Of a stretch of 64,000 bases of DNA, positions 1-12,506 are shown one piece after another. This DNA comes from Anaeramoeba ignava BMAN (taxonomy: Eukaryota > Protista > Anaeramoebae): contig JAPDFW010000086.1 in the NCBI GenBank assembly GCA_028826165.1, forward strand, positions 62,001 to 126,000. The letters are read 5' to 3'. The position numbers and the translations under genes were made by a program. Within the stretch, counting starts at the first letter, position 1, and every line of letters begins with the position of its first letter. Below the pieces are notes generated by a model. The model was not told the DNA's origin. It ran no database searches and worked only from the letters and a program-made list of their open reading frames with translations.

Positions 1-385
1 ATCAAAATCAAAATCAAAATCAAAATGAAAATGAAAATCAAAATCAAATCAAAATCAAAATCAAAATCAAAATGAAAATCAAAATCAAAATCAAAATCAA
101 AATCAAAATCAAAATGAAAATGAAAATCAAAATCAAAATCAAAATATAAATTAAAACCAAAATCAAAATCAAAATCAAAATCAAAATCAAAATCAAAATC
201 AAAATCAAAATCAAAATCAAAATCAAAATCAAAATCAAAATCAAAATCAAAATCAAAATCAAAATCAAAATATAAATCAAAATCAAAATCAAAATATAAA
301 TCAAAATCAAAATCAAAATCAAAATCAAAATGAAAATGAAAATGAAAATGAAATTCAAAATCAAAATCAAAATCAAAATCAAAAT
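1..385. repeat. (AAAATC)n hexamer microsatellite, probably intronic or encoding a QN tract of a gene that starts before the window
   Basis: Direct: near-perfect AAAATC/AAAATG tandem array. Confidence 0.9.
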
Positions 386-388
386 AAG

Positions 389-488
389 ACCATCTTTTGT
401 GACTTCGATTAAGCTAAATTGTGGCGATAAAACAAGTTCTTATTGGATTAAATTTGGAGTTGCTCTTTTACTTTCATTGAAGAACTAA
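389..488 (+). CDS. Probable terminal exon of a gene starting upstream of the window (product unknown)
   Basis: Higher-GC island after an AAG at 386-388; reads PSFVTSIKLNCGDKTSSYWIKFGVALLLSLKN* to TAA at 486-488. Frame not independently confirmed. Confidence 0.35.
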
Positions 489-571
489 AAAAAACAAATT
501 TTCAAAAATTTCCACAATTTTTTTTTCATTTTTTTTTTCTCATTTTTTTCCTTTTCTTGGTTCTTCTTTAA

Positions 572-3500
572 ATGTCACAAAAAAATACAAAACTTGTTCG
601 AACAAAATTGAAAGTAATTTTTTAATTAATTTCTAAGAAAAAAGCCAAAATTAATTTTTTTTTTGGTTTAAATAGAAAAAATCAAAATCAAATTTGTCAC
701 TTTTTATAAACAATTCCAAAAATAAATTTAAAGGAAATGAGCAAAAACAATTACAAAGTCTTCTTCAGGCTTTAAACTTACATTTTAAAAGACATCCTTT
801 TTTAATAAAGAAAGAATTAACTTTATATGAATCAATTGGTAAAAAAATTATTAAAAATTTTTTCAAATTAAAATTTAATTAAATTTGTTTTTTAGAACTT
901 CCTTTAAAAATTTTGAATAAAAATTCTCGAGAAATTATTACAAAATTTCTTATGGAATTTTCAGACAATTCAATTATTGATTTTGTGCCAACTCTTATAA
1001 AATCCATTTTTAGCGGAGAAAAGGAAGGTAAATTTTTTACAAAAGATTTTAGTAAGAAAAATCTCTATAATTCTTTTTTTTTTTCAAATTAGAAATTTTT
1101 AGTGTTACAACAAGAATAAGTGTTCGATTACTTTTCCAGTTAATATTTAGGTTACGCTATATGATTTTTCAACCTCAAGTTGTTCACGAATTATTTAATT
1201 CTTTGATGCATTTAGAAAGATATGATTTATTGAAAATGGGGGTTGTTGATAATCTCATTTGGAGTTTTGGGCAATTAGTATCTGTTGAGCCAGCGAATTG
1301 TTTAAAAAGTAGAACAAAATACAAAAAATTATTAAATTTAAATTAAAAATTAATTATTAAATTTAAATTAAAAATTAATTATTAAATTTAAATTAAAAAT
1401 TAATTATTAAATTTAAATTAAAAATTAATTATTAAATTTAAATTAAAAATTATTTATTAAATTTAAATTAAAAATTATTTATTAAATTTAAATTAAAAAT
1501 TATTTATTAAATTTAAATTAAAAATTATTTATTAAATTTAAATTAAAAATTAGTTTGGTTGATTGAGTTTCTTCCAATAATAAGTTTTGAAAAAACTGAC
1601 AAAATAATTTTACTTAAATTATACAGTTTTCTTGAACTTATACTTCAAAAATTAATGTAAAACAAAATCTAACAAAATTAAATCAAACAAAATTAACGAA
1701 AAAATCTAACAAAATTAAATCAAACAAAAAAATATAACGAAATTAACAAAATATAACAAAAAAATCAAACAAAATATAAAAAATAACAAAATTAAACAAA
1801 AATAAAATATAACAAAATTAAACAAAATTAAAAACAAAATCTAATTAAAATTAAATCAAACAAAATTAAACAAAATATAACTCAAAATTAAATATAACAA
1901 AATTAAATCAAACAAAATTAAATATAACAAAATTAAATATAACAAAATATAACAAAATATAACAAAATATAACAAAATTAAATATAACAAAATTAAATAT
2001 AACAAAATTAAATATAACAAAATTAAACAAAATTAAATCAAACAAAATTAAATATAACAAAATTAAATTAAACAAAATATAACAAAATTAAATATAACAA
2101 AATTAAATCTAATTGTTTATAGATTGAATAATATGTCAGAATATCATTATAAAAGTTTAATTTCTCCAACATTATTTGAACAATTATTAAGAATTTATAT
2201 TAATGAAATTTATATTAAAAATAATCATGAAAAAATTGCAAAAAAATTGAAGAAAATATTTCCATTACTTGTTAATATTTCTTTATTTGGAGATCCAGAA
2301 TCTCCAAGGAGATATTTTATTCAATTATTATCGCTATTAGCGACTTCTTTAATTCCTTTAAGGACATTAGTTTTAGATTATATTTCACAATGTTTAGAAA
2401 GAGATTTTTTTTGTTTTCAAGTTTGGTGTAAAGCTTATCCTCTTTATATTCCTCAATCAAATAATTTAATTTTGCATATTATGACTGAATCTCCAAAATA
2501 TAAGGTTGTATATATTTATTAAATTAAATATAAAATTATTTATTAAATTATTTATAAAATTATTTATAAAATTATTTATAAAATTATTTATAAAATTAAA
2601 TATAAAATTAAATATAAAATTAAATATAAAATTATTTATAAAATTAATTATAAAATTATTTATAAAATTATTTATAAAATTAATTATAAAATTAATTATA
2701 AAATTATTTATAAAATTATTTATAAAATTAATTATAAAATTAATTATAAAATTATATATAAAATTAAATATAAAATTATTTATAAAATTATATATAAAAT
2801 TATATATAAAATTATTTATAAAATTTATAAAATTATTTATAAAATTAATTATAAAATTAATTATAAAATTATTTATAAAATTATTTATAAAATTATTTAT
2901 AAAATTATTTATAAAATTATTATAAAATTATTTATAAAATTATTTATAAAATTATTTATAAAATTATTTATAAAATTATTTTATAAAATTAATTATAAAA
3001 TTAAATATAAAATTAATTATAAAATTATTTATAAAATTATTTATAAAATTAATTATAAAATTATTTATAAAATTATTTATAAAATTTTTATAAAATTATT
3101 TATAAAATTAAATATAAAATTAATTATAAAATTATTTATTAAAATTATAAAATATAAAATTAAATATAAAATTAAATATAAAATTATTTATAAAATTATT
3201 TATAAAATTATTTATAAAATTATTTATAAAATTATTTATAAAATTATTTATAAAATTATTTATAAAATTAAATATAAAATTAAAATATAAAATTATTAAT
3301 AAAATTAAATATAAAATTAATTATAAAATTAAATATAAAATTATTTATAAAATTATATATAAAATTAAATTATAAAATTAATTATAAAATTATTTATAAA
3401 ATTCAAATATAAAAATTAAATATAAAATTATTTATAAAATTAAATATTAAATTATTTATAAAATTATTTATAAAATTATTTATAAAATTATTTATAAAAT

Positions 3501-4455
3501 TATTTATAAAATTATTTATAAAATTATTTATAAAATTAAATATAAAATTATTTATAAAATTATTTATAAAATTAAATATAAAATTATTTATAAAATTATA
3601 TATAAAATTAAATATAAAATTAACATAAAATTATTTATAAAATTTTATTTATAAAATTATTTATTAAATTATATATTAAATTATTTATAAAATTAAATAT
3701 AAAATTAATTATAAAATTTATTTATAAAATTATTTATTAAAATTAATTATAAAATTATTTATAAAATTATTTATAAAATTATTTATAAAATTAAATATAA
3801 AATTAAATATAAAATTAAATATAAAATTATTTATAAAATTAAATATAAAATTAAATATAAAATTATTTATAAAATTAAATATAAAATTATTTATAAAATT
3901 ATTTATAAAATTATTTATAAAATTAAATATAAAATTAATTATAAAATTAATTATAAAATTAATTATAAAATTAATTATAAAATTATATATAAAATTAAAT
4001 ATAAAATTATTTATAAAATTAATTATAAAATTATTTATAAAATTAAATATAAAATTATTTATAAAATTAAATATAAAATTATTTATAAAATTATTTATAA
4101 AATTATAAATTTAAATTCGGATAAAATTTTTTCATTTTAGATTGATCTTAAAAAATGCACAGAACTTTGTAAAACGTTTACTAAAATAAATAAAGCTATT
4201 CTTTCAGGAAAATTTAAACAATTTTTAAATAAAAATCAAAATCAAAATCAAAAATCAAAACAAAATTTTGAAAAAATATTTGATAATAAATTTTCAAAAA
4301 AAGATATAAAAATGGCAACAATTACTTTTAAAGCATTTAGAAAAAAAGCTTCAAAAAAAAGAAAGAAAGCATTACTTTTATTATTATTACTTTCATTAGC
4401 ATTAATTTTATTATTTTTAAGGAATTTATTTTTTGATTTCATTTATTTTTTTTGA
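572..4455 (+). CDS. TMEM214: TMEM214-like ER membrane protein, 7 exons (572-613, 676-838, 896-1027, 1093-1308, 1554-1656, 2123-2504, 4141-4455)
   Basis: GT-AG introns join all exons in frame. Motifs LIWSFGQ, LKIWLIEFLP and QCLERDFFCFQVWCKAYPLYIPQSNNLILHI resemble recalled TMEM214 motifs; there is a C-terminal hydrophobic helix. Confidence 0.7.
1325..1550. repeat. 25-bp minisatellite in TMEM214 intron 4
   Basis: Unit AATTAATTATTAAATTTAAATTAAA with a 25-nt period, about 9 copies. Confidence 0.85.
2515..4105. repeat. 12-bp minisatellite (ATAAAATTATTT/ATAAAATTAAAT) filling the 1.6-kb TMEM214 intron 6
   Basis: Direct tandem periodicity; lies between GT at 2505 and AG at 4140. Confidence 0.9.
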
Positions 4456-4791
4456 ATAAAGATTTAAAATAAAAATAAACAAAGAAAAGGAGAAAAAATA
4501 AAAATAAATTTTTTTTCTCCTTTTTCTCTATTTTTTATTAAAATTTAAATATTTAAATTATTTATTTTAGAGATAAAAGAAAAAAATTAATTGAAAAATA
4601 AAAAAAAAATAAACACTTTGCCCGCATGAATAAAAAAATTTTTTTTTAATTAAAAATTTTTCTTTTTTTTTTATATTTTTTAATTTTCATTTTTTTTTCT
4701 CTTTTATTTTTTTAATTGTTTTTTTCTTTTTTTCAATTTTCTTTGTTATATTTTAAAAAACCAAAAAAACTTTTTCTTTAATTTTATTATA

Positions 4792-5973
4792 ATGGCGTTA
4801 ATTATGAAATTAGTTGTACTTGGAGGAGGAGGAGTTGGAAAAAGTGCATTAACAATACAATTCCTTCAAAAACAATTTTTAGAAACGTAATTATAATATT
4901 TTTTTTATTTTAAAAAATTTTTTTTATATTTAATCTCCCTTTTTTATTAATTTTTTCTCCTTTTTTTTCTTTTTCTCAAATAAATTAATAACTGAAAAAT
5001 AAATTAAAAATCAAAAATTAAATTGAAAATTAAATTGAAAATTAAAAATCGAAAAATAACGTAAATTGATTTTGATCTAATTTAAATTTTTCTTTGTTTG
5101 TTTTTTTTTTGATCATAATTAGATATGATCCAACAATTGAAGAAAGTTATAGAAAACAAATGGTAATTGATAATGATAGTTATGTTCTTGATATTTTAGA
5201 TACTGCTGGACAAGAAGAATATGCACCAATGAGAGAAAAATATATGGCATCAGGTCATGGATTTTTATTTGTTTTTTCAATTACATCTCGAATTTCTTTT
5301 GAATATTTGAATGAACTTTATCAAACAGTAAATAATTCAATAATTTAAAAAATAATTCAATAATTTATAAACATGATTTAAAAATGATTTAAAAATATTT
5401 TATAAACATGATTTAAAAATGATTTAAAAATATTTTATAAACATGAAATGAATAAAATGAATAAAAATAATTCAAAAACATGAAATGAATAAAATGAATA
5501 AAATTAATTTAAAAATGATTTAAAAATAATTTATAAACATGAAATTAATAAAATGAATGAAATGAATAAAAATAATTAAAAAATAATTTATAAACATGAA
5601 ATTAATAAAATGAATAAAAATGAAATAAAAATGAATAAAAATGAATAAAAATGAATAAAATTAATTTAAATAAAAAAGTTATGAATAAAAATTAATTAAA
5701 AAGAATTTCCTATTGTTGTCGAATAAAAATAAAATTAATAAAATTAATAAAAATGAATAAAATGAATGAAAATAAAAAAAAATAATTTATCAACTTTTAA
5801 ATGCCCATAAAATGAAGCATCAGCAAAAACAATTAAAAATGTTGAAAAATAATTTATAAAAATAAAATTAAGTTAAAATGAATAAAAAATTGTTGTTGGC
5901 GGTAATTCAGGAAAAAAGAGAAGAAAAAGATTGTAAAATAAAAATCGTTGGAAATAAATTTACGTTCTTTTAA
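4792..5973 (+). CDS. Ras-family small GTPase; exons 4792-4886 and 5123-5327 intact, 3' exon (about 5690-5973) disrupted
   Basis: [16 protein letters not shown] (G1), YDPTIEESY (effector), DTAGQEEY (G3). Only fragments KEFPIVV and [11 protein letters not shown] survive downstream, with stops. Confidence 0.8.
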
Positions 5974-6140
5974 TACTTTTTCATTCTTTTTTTCTTTCAA
6001 CATTTTCAAAAACAAGAAGATTATTTTCTAAAAAGGATTCTTTTTCTTTTCGTAATTTTTATTTTCTTTCCAAATTGAAATTTGTTTTGTCTTTTTTTTT
6101 TCTCTCTTTCTTTTCCTTCAATAAAAATCAAAAAAAAATT

Positions 6141-6170
6141 CATCATTTTTCATTTTTCATTTTTCATTTT
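6141..6170 (+). promoter_or_regulatory. Tandem TCATTTT initiator-like array with no downstream protein-coding gene
   Basis: The same sense-strand motif array precedes most ATGs in the window; here no credible ORF follows. Confidence 0.4.
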
Positions 6171-6980
6171 TAAAAAAAGAATTGAAAAAAAAAATTTTTT
6201 TTCTCAAGAAATTTATCAAAAATTTCATACTCGGATAGCTTTTCTCTAAACCCTTATTGGGATGATTTCCACTAAAGTTCGATTCTTGCCAGAAGATAAT
6301 ATCGAAATTTTGTTATTTTCAATAAGCTCATTCACATTCCATTTGCAAATCAACATTTTGTTTTGATTTCTTTGCTTTTTGCATTTCGGGAATTTAAAGA
6401 AAAGTTCATTAAATTGAAAATAATATGAAAAAAAAAATTTCTTGAAGGACTAGAAAATGTTATTTCATTCCCAATGGAATCATTCCCCAAGAAGTTAGAA
6501 AATCCAATATATCTTCCAAAAAAAATTGTTAAATTTTCTTCTTGCTTCATTTTTTCATCTTCTTTTTGATAATCTAATTTATAGGAAATTCAATCTTTGG
6601 AAAAGTTTGTGAAACGTTTACACATTCGATCAAAATAAATAGATAGCAATTGAATATTCGTTAAAATATTTGAATTGAAATGATTTAAAAAAAATGAAAA
6701 TAAATTTTTTCAATTCAAAATTTAAATTTTGTTTGTTAAAAAATTTACCGTTAATTCAATAAAAAATTAAAATGAAAAATGTGTTCTTTCCATTTTTAAT
6801 CGTAAAGAAGAGAATAATAACCATTTTCTGGGAGAATTTGTTCCAGAACATTCTGTAATGGATAATATTCATGGAAACCAAACAAAAAGACCTTCTAATT
6901 CCCCAAAAACTCAAATATTGTTTCATTCAAAAAATTTGAGCTATTCAAAAAAGAAAAAAGCAAAATTTTTTTTTGTTTGA
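6170..6980 (+). ncRNA. Candidate structured non-coding RNA, possibly telomerase RNA (template-like CTAAACCCT at 6246-6254)
   Basis: Non-repetitive sequence of coding-like complexity without a convincing ORF. Hand-found complementarities: 6204-6214/6435-6445, 6223-6229/6424-6430, 6313-6323/6413-6423, a pseudoknot-compatible segment at 6336-6404, and 6514-6539/6583-6602. Boundaries are approximate. Confidence 0.35.
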
Positions 6981-7003
6981 TTTTCATTGTTTTTTTGATT
7001 GTT

Positions 7004-9493
7004 TTAAAGAAAAGCAATTTTCTTAGAAAAAAAGAAAAATTCTTTGATTGCTTTTGAAAGTTCTTTTTCAGATTTAAAATTAATTTCTTTCGCTTTTAGA
7101 ATTGTTCCTTTTTTGAATTTGAATGAATTTAATTGATTCATATTTTTTGAAATGATTTCCAAAACAATTTTTTTCTCAATAATTGTTTGTTTTGTTTGTT
7201 TTTTTGTTTCCTGTAGTTTTTGAATTAGAAACTTTAAAACTTTCAAAATAAAATTTAAATCATTTGAAACAGAATCTTGAGTTTTGATGAAAATGGAGTG
7301 ATGTAGATTAAGGAAAAGCTTGAAACCTTTGAGGAGATAATAAAGAAATAATTTGAAAAAATCATCTTCTTTTGTTCTTGAAAAATTTTGTTTTTATTTT
7401 GGAAAAATAGGATAATAATTTCGAAAATTTGAGCAATAATTGGTAAATATAAAGGATTTTGATTTTGAATTTGAATTTGATTTTTTTGTGATTCCATTAA
7501 TTTTGTTTGTAAATTGAAATTATGAGATAAAAAACGAATTAAAAGTCTGAATAATTTTTCCCAATCTTTTTCAAGTTTGATATTTTGTTGAACTAATTGA
7601 ATTATAATTCTTTTGATGATTTCAAGAATTTGGAAAGTAATTTGTGAATTTGTTGATTCTAAATCATTAACTGCCAAAAATTGGATTAATAAATCAAAAA
7701 TGATTGAGATGAACAATTCATTATCTTTTTCTTTTATTTGTTCTCGATACTTTTTGGCAAATGTAGAGTGTGTTTGAATTTGTGTTGTTTTCTTGTATAA
7801 AATATCAATAAAGCTTGAATTTTTTGTGAGTGAATCTATTATGCATATTAGGGATTTATCAACAGAAGAATTTCTTGGAAAATTTGGGATATTCCAAAAA
7901 ATGTTTGAAGTTAAAATAAGGAAGTGATCCAAAATATGAATTTGATTTTGATTTTGATTTTGATTTTGATTTTGATTTTGATTTTGATTTTGATTTTGAT
8001 TTTGATTTTGATTTTGATTTTGATTTTGATTTTGATTTTGATTTTGATTTTGATTTTGATTTTCTTTTTCATTTTCATTTTGATTTTCATTTTGATTTTT
8101 GATTTTGATTTTGATTTTGATTTTGATTTTCATTTTGATTTTCAATTTGATTTTGATTTTGATTTTGATTTTGATTTTCATTTTGATTTTCAATTTGATT
8201 TTCATTTAAATTTTCATTTAAATTTTCTTTTTCATTTTGATTTAAATTTTCTTTTAAATTTTCTTTTAAATTTTCTTTTAAATTTTGATTTTCATTTTGA
8301 TTTAAATTTTCTTTTAAATTTTCTTTTAAATTTTCTTTTAAATTTTCTTTTAAATTTTGATTTTCATTTTGATTTTCATTTTCATTTTGATTTTCATTTT
8401 GATTTTGATTTTCATTTTGATTTTCATTTTGATTTTCATTTTGATTTTCATTTAAATTTTCATTTAAATTTTCTTTTAAATTTTCTTTAATTTCTAAATA
8501 CTTCACTAATGACTTGATTCCAAATTCTTCAATAATCCTTAAAAATTCCCATAAATTTAAGAAAAATCCTTCAATATATTGATTCAATTTAGATTCTTCA
8601 TCAATCCATGAAAATTTGCCTTCTTTTTTTGAATCTTGATTTTCTTGATCTTTTGATTTGTTGAAAAAAATTGAAGAAAAACTCAAGATTGCAGAAGCAA
8701 AGAAAAACGGATTAAAAGAAGAATTATCTTGCTCAAAAATTTGAAGCAAATTGATATTAAAGCCTGAAATATAATGGTCAATAATTTCCAATAATTTTAA
8801 TGTGAAATCATCTTCATTTTTATCAATCATATCAATACAATTATCAACTAAAATATTTTTTTCTTGTGATTTTTGAGAAGATGATAAAAAAACAACCAAA
8901 ATAACAAATCCATGCAAATGAATAATAGGATGAATTATTGGATCTTGATCCGAAATTATATGATTAAGAATATAAAGAATATTTCTTGAATTATTGGCAA
9001 AAATGAGATTGAATTGTTTGTCTTGAAGAAATAATTCATTTCCATTAATTATTAATGATTCAAATAAACCAAGTAAAGCAATTTTGAACTCCAAATTTTT
9101 CAAGTTGATTTTTTTGATTTCTTGGAATAAACTTGTTAAATATTCTTCAATTTTTTGTTCTTCACAAATTAAATTAACAACTTCTTTTTGGAAATTTTTT
9201 GGTTTTCTTCTTGAAAAGGCTCTAAAAAATGTTGAAATGAATTGAATTGAATGAGTGATTAAAAATTCGTTTTCTGAATTTAAATTATTAAGTGCTTTTT
9301 GAAATAATTGACGAATTGGATTTTTTAAATTGTTTAAAATTTCTGTTTGCATTTCAATTATTTTTGTGTAAATGTATTTTTTATTGATTTTGATAAGAAA
9401 GAATTGATGCAATTCATTTTCTGGGATTTGCCTTTTTGGATGTAAAAATGTATCAAATAAAACAATTGATTTTTCTTGGTGTTTCTTACTCAT
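7004..9493 (-). CDS. ARMH3: ARMH3/C10orf76-like (DUF1741) armadillo-like protein; intronless, with two 1-nt frameshifts in A-runs (about 8095 and 7371)
   Basis: N-terminal QEKSIVLFDTFL...FFLIKINKKYI and C-terminal VLEIISKNMNQL resemble recalled C10orf76 motifs. The three ORFs join after single-base homopolymer corrections; there is an internal EN/QN tract. Confidence 0.6.
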
Positions 9494-9539
9494 TATTTTA
9501 AAAAATGGAGTAAAAAAATGAAAACATGAAAAAAATTTT

Positions 9540-10135
9540 TAATATTTATTTTAATATTTAATTTAATATTTAATTTAATATTTATTTTAATATTTATTTT
9601 AATATTTATTTTAATATTTAATTTAATATTTAATTTAATATTTAATTTAATATTTAATTTAATATTTATTTTAATATTTATTTTAATATTTATTTTAATA
9701 TTTAATTTAATATTTAATTTAATATTTATTTTAATATTTATTTTAATATTTGAAAACATTTAATAAAATATTTTATTTTAATATTTATTTTTTATTTTTT
9801 TTAATATTTTAATTTTATTTTATTTATTTTTTTTAATATTTATTTAATTTAATATTTATTTTTAATATTTATTTTAATATTTATTTTAATATTTATTTTA
9901 ATATTTATTTTAATATTTATTTTAATATTTTTATTAATATTTATTTTAATTAATATTTAATTTAATATTTATTCTAATATTTATTTTAATATTTATTTTA
10001 ATATTTATTTTAATATTTATTTTAATATTTATTTTAATATTTATTTTAATATTTATTTTAATATTTATTTTAATATTTAATTCAATATTTAATATTTATT
10101 TTAATATTTATTTTAATATTTAATTTAATATTTAT
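9540..10135. repeat. 12-bp AT minisatellite (AATATTTATTTT) in the divergent intergenic region between ARMH3 and GPAA1
   Basis: Direct tandem periodicity. Confidence 0.85.
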
Positions 10136-10180
10136 TTCATTTTTCATTTTTCATTTTTCATTTTTTCATTTTTTCATTTG
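10136..10180 (+). promoter_or_regulatory. Tandem TCATTTT initiator-like array upstream of GPAA1 (representative of a window-wide motif)
   Basis: About six TCATTT copies 20-65 nt before the ATG; equivalent sense-strand arrays precede most genes. Confidence 0.55.
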
Positions 10181-10202
10181 TTTTTAAATAAAAATTAAAA
10201 AA

Positions 10203-12467
10203 ATGAGATTTATAGTAAATGGAACAATATCACCAAAATTAACAGAATTTTTCAAAAAGAAAATATTACCATTTTCAACAATAATCTGCATAATATTATT
10301 TTCAACAACAATAATATTAGCAACAAGAAGTCCAAAACTAGCAAGAAAAACATACATTTCAGAACAAGGATTAACAATAAGAAATTCCAAAGCAGAATAT
10401 TCAAGACAAGAATTACAAACTGCATTTTTAATACAAGAACAATTTAAATCATTAAAAAATAATAAAGAATTTCATGATTGGTTTTTTTCACTTTTACAAA
10501 AATTTTCAGATGATTTTTTCGTTCACAAATTTTATGCAAATAATACTTGGCAATATAATTATTGCGGTATTATTCGCGCTTCAAAATCTCCAGGAATTGA
10601 AAGTGTTGTTTTTTCTTCAAATTATTTCTTACCTTTAAGTCAAAAAGTTCTTTCTAATGATTTTGATGGTTTTTCTATTGGTTTAGCTTTTTCTTTAATG
10701 GATTTTTTTCAATGTAGAAAATCAATATTAATTTTAATTTTAATTTCAAAATGAATTTTAATTTCAAAATGAATATTAATTTCAAATTGAATTAAATTAT
10801 AAATTCAATTTAAAAATGAATTTCAAATTTAATTTCAAAATGAATTTCAAATTTAATTTCAAAATGAATTTAATTTCAAATTTAATTTCAAAATGAATTT
10901 AATTTCAAAATCAATTTCAAAATGAATTTAATTTTAATTTCAATTTAAAAATGAATTTTAATTTCAAAATGAATTTAATTTTAATTTTAATTTCAAAATC
11001 AATTTTAATTTTAAAATCAATTTCAAAATGAATTTTAATTTCAAAATCAATTTTAATTTCAATTTCAATTTCAAAATCAATTTTAATTTCAATATTAATT
11101 TTAATTTCAAAATCAATTTTAATTTCAATTTTAATTTTAATTTCAATTTTAAATTTAATTTTAAATTTAATTTTAATTGTGTTTTAATTTAAAAAGATGC
11201 AAAATGGAAATCTAAAGATATAATATTTCTATTTACAAACGGTGAATCTTTTAAAGGTGTTCAAGAATGGCTCAAAGAATATCATAATCCACAAGAAAAA
11301 AATAACAATAATTTCAAAAGAGCAGGAGTAATTCATGCAGGAATTCATTTAGAAATGAACAATCCAATAATAACAGAAATAACACTTAAAATAGAAGGAA
11401 TAAATGGTCAATTACCCAATTTAGATTTAATAAATACAATAACAAGAGAAATCCCTTATTTTCCAATTTCACTTGATGAATTCAGTTCAGAAACTCAAAA
11501 ATCAAAACTCAATTTCATCTTCAATTACTTGAAATCAAAAAATTTGCAATATTTTACTAACATGATCAAAAATCAAGCACTTTCAATTCCAACAGGAGTT
11601 CACAGTTTCTTTCAATCATATAAAATTGATTGTGTTACAATTCAAACAAATTCAAATCCAAAAAATCCAAATAATTTAAATCCAACTTCTTTAATTAGAT
11701 TTATTGGTGGAATCGAAGTTGTTTTTCGTGATTTATCAAATCTTATTGAGCATCTTCATCAATCATTCTTCTATTATTTACTAATTGATCCTATTGTTTA
11801 TATTCCTATTGGAGACTATTCTTTGTCCTTTTTATTTTCTCTCTTGGCTATTGTTATCCGAATGCTGGATTTCTATTTAAATTTTGGTTTTGGTTCTTCA
11901 AATCACATCATTTTCATTTTATTCACAAATGTTTTCTCTCATTTGTTTGGATTCGCAAGCTATTTAATGGCAATTCTATTCAGAAACTCTCAAAATTGGT
12001 TGGTTTTCCATTTTGGTTTTACTTTTATAACTGAATTAATTATTTTCCCTATTTTCCGTTGGATTTTCCTGTCAAAAAATTCCGGCAAAAAAAATGGAAT
12101 TAATATTTGGAGTGGTCAATATACTTATAGCGGAATTATTATTCTTTCTTCGCTTACTTTTGTTGCCATTTCAAATATTTCTTTGGCTTTGATTTTCTCC
12201 TTCTTTTTAGTTCCTATTGTTCTTTTTATTCGATTCAGTCAAACAAAAAAATTTTGGAACTTTTTGCAATCTATTTTTCTTCTCATTTTTTCTCCTTATT
12301 CTTTTGTTCTTCTTTATTGCTTTCTTTTTCAGAAAAATCTTTTTTCTGTTATTGATTTGTTGGTTGATTCTCATGTTCTTTTTGGATCTTTAATTTTCCC
12401 ATTTTTAATCATTATTTGGATTCCAATTTCACAAACTTTTATTCGAATTTTAATTCAAGAAAAATAA
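10203..12467 (+). CDS. GPAA1: GPI transamidase subunit GPAA1/Gaa1, 2 exons (10203-10713, 11197-12467)
   Basis: TYISEQGL, WKSKDIIFLF, WLKEYH, EGINGQLPNLDLIN and NLIEHLHQSFFYYLL motifs; multi-TM C-terminus. Confidence 0.92.
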
Positions 12468-12506
12468 TAAAAAATTTTTTTTCATTTTTTTCATTTTATT
12501 TTTTCA

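Noticed and set aside
44-382. ORF-track entries of poly-IL, IK, DF or LNFV type (also 2506, 7924, 9493, 10964, 13991-14857, 26194, 27347, 39791, 52711, 53186, 55297)
   Set aside because: Translations of hexamer, 12-mer or trinucleotide repeats in introns, intergenic DNA or antisense to QN tracts; not genes.
6350-6550. 66-aa minus-strand ORF, and an open + frame at about 6772-6980, as a protein gene
   Set aside because: No recognisable motif, no consistent splice model and stops in flanking frames. A decayed gene cannot be fully excluded and is the main alternative to the ncRNA call.
6324-6946. AGCTCA/TGAGCT pairing as an RNase P/MRP P4 helix
   Set aside because: No proper GNAANUC CR-I context and a span of about 600 nt; kept only as an alternative for a covariance-model search.
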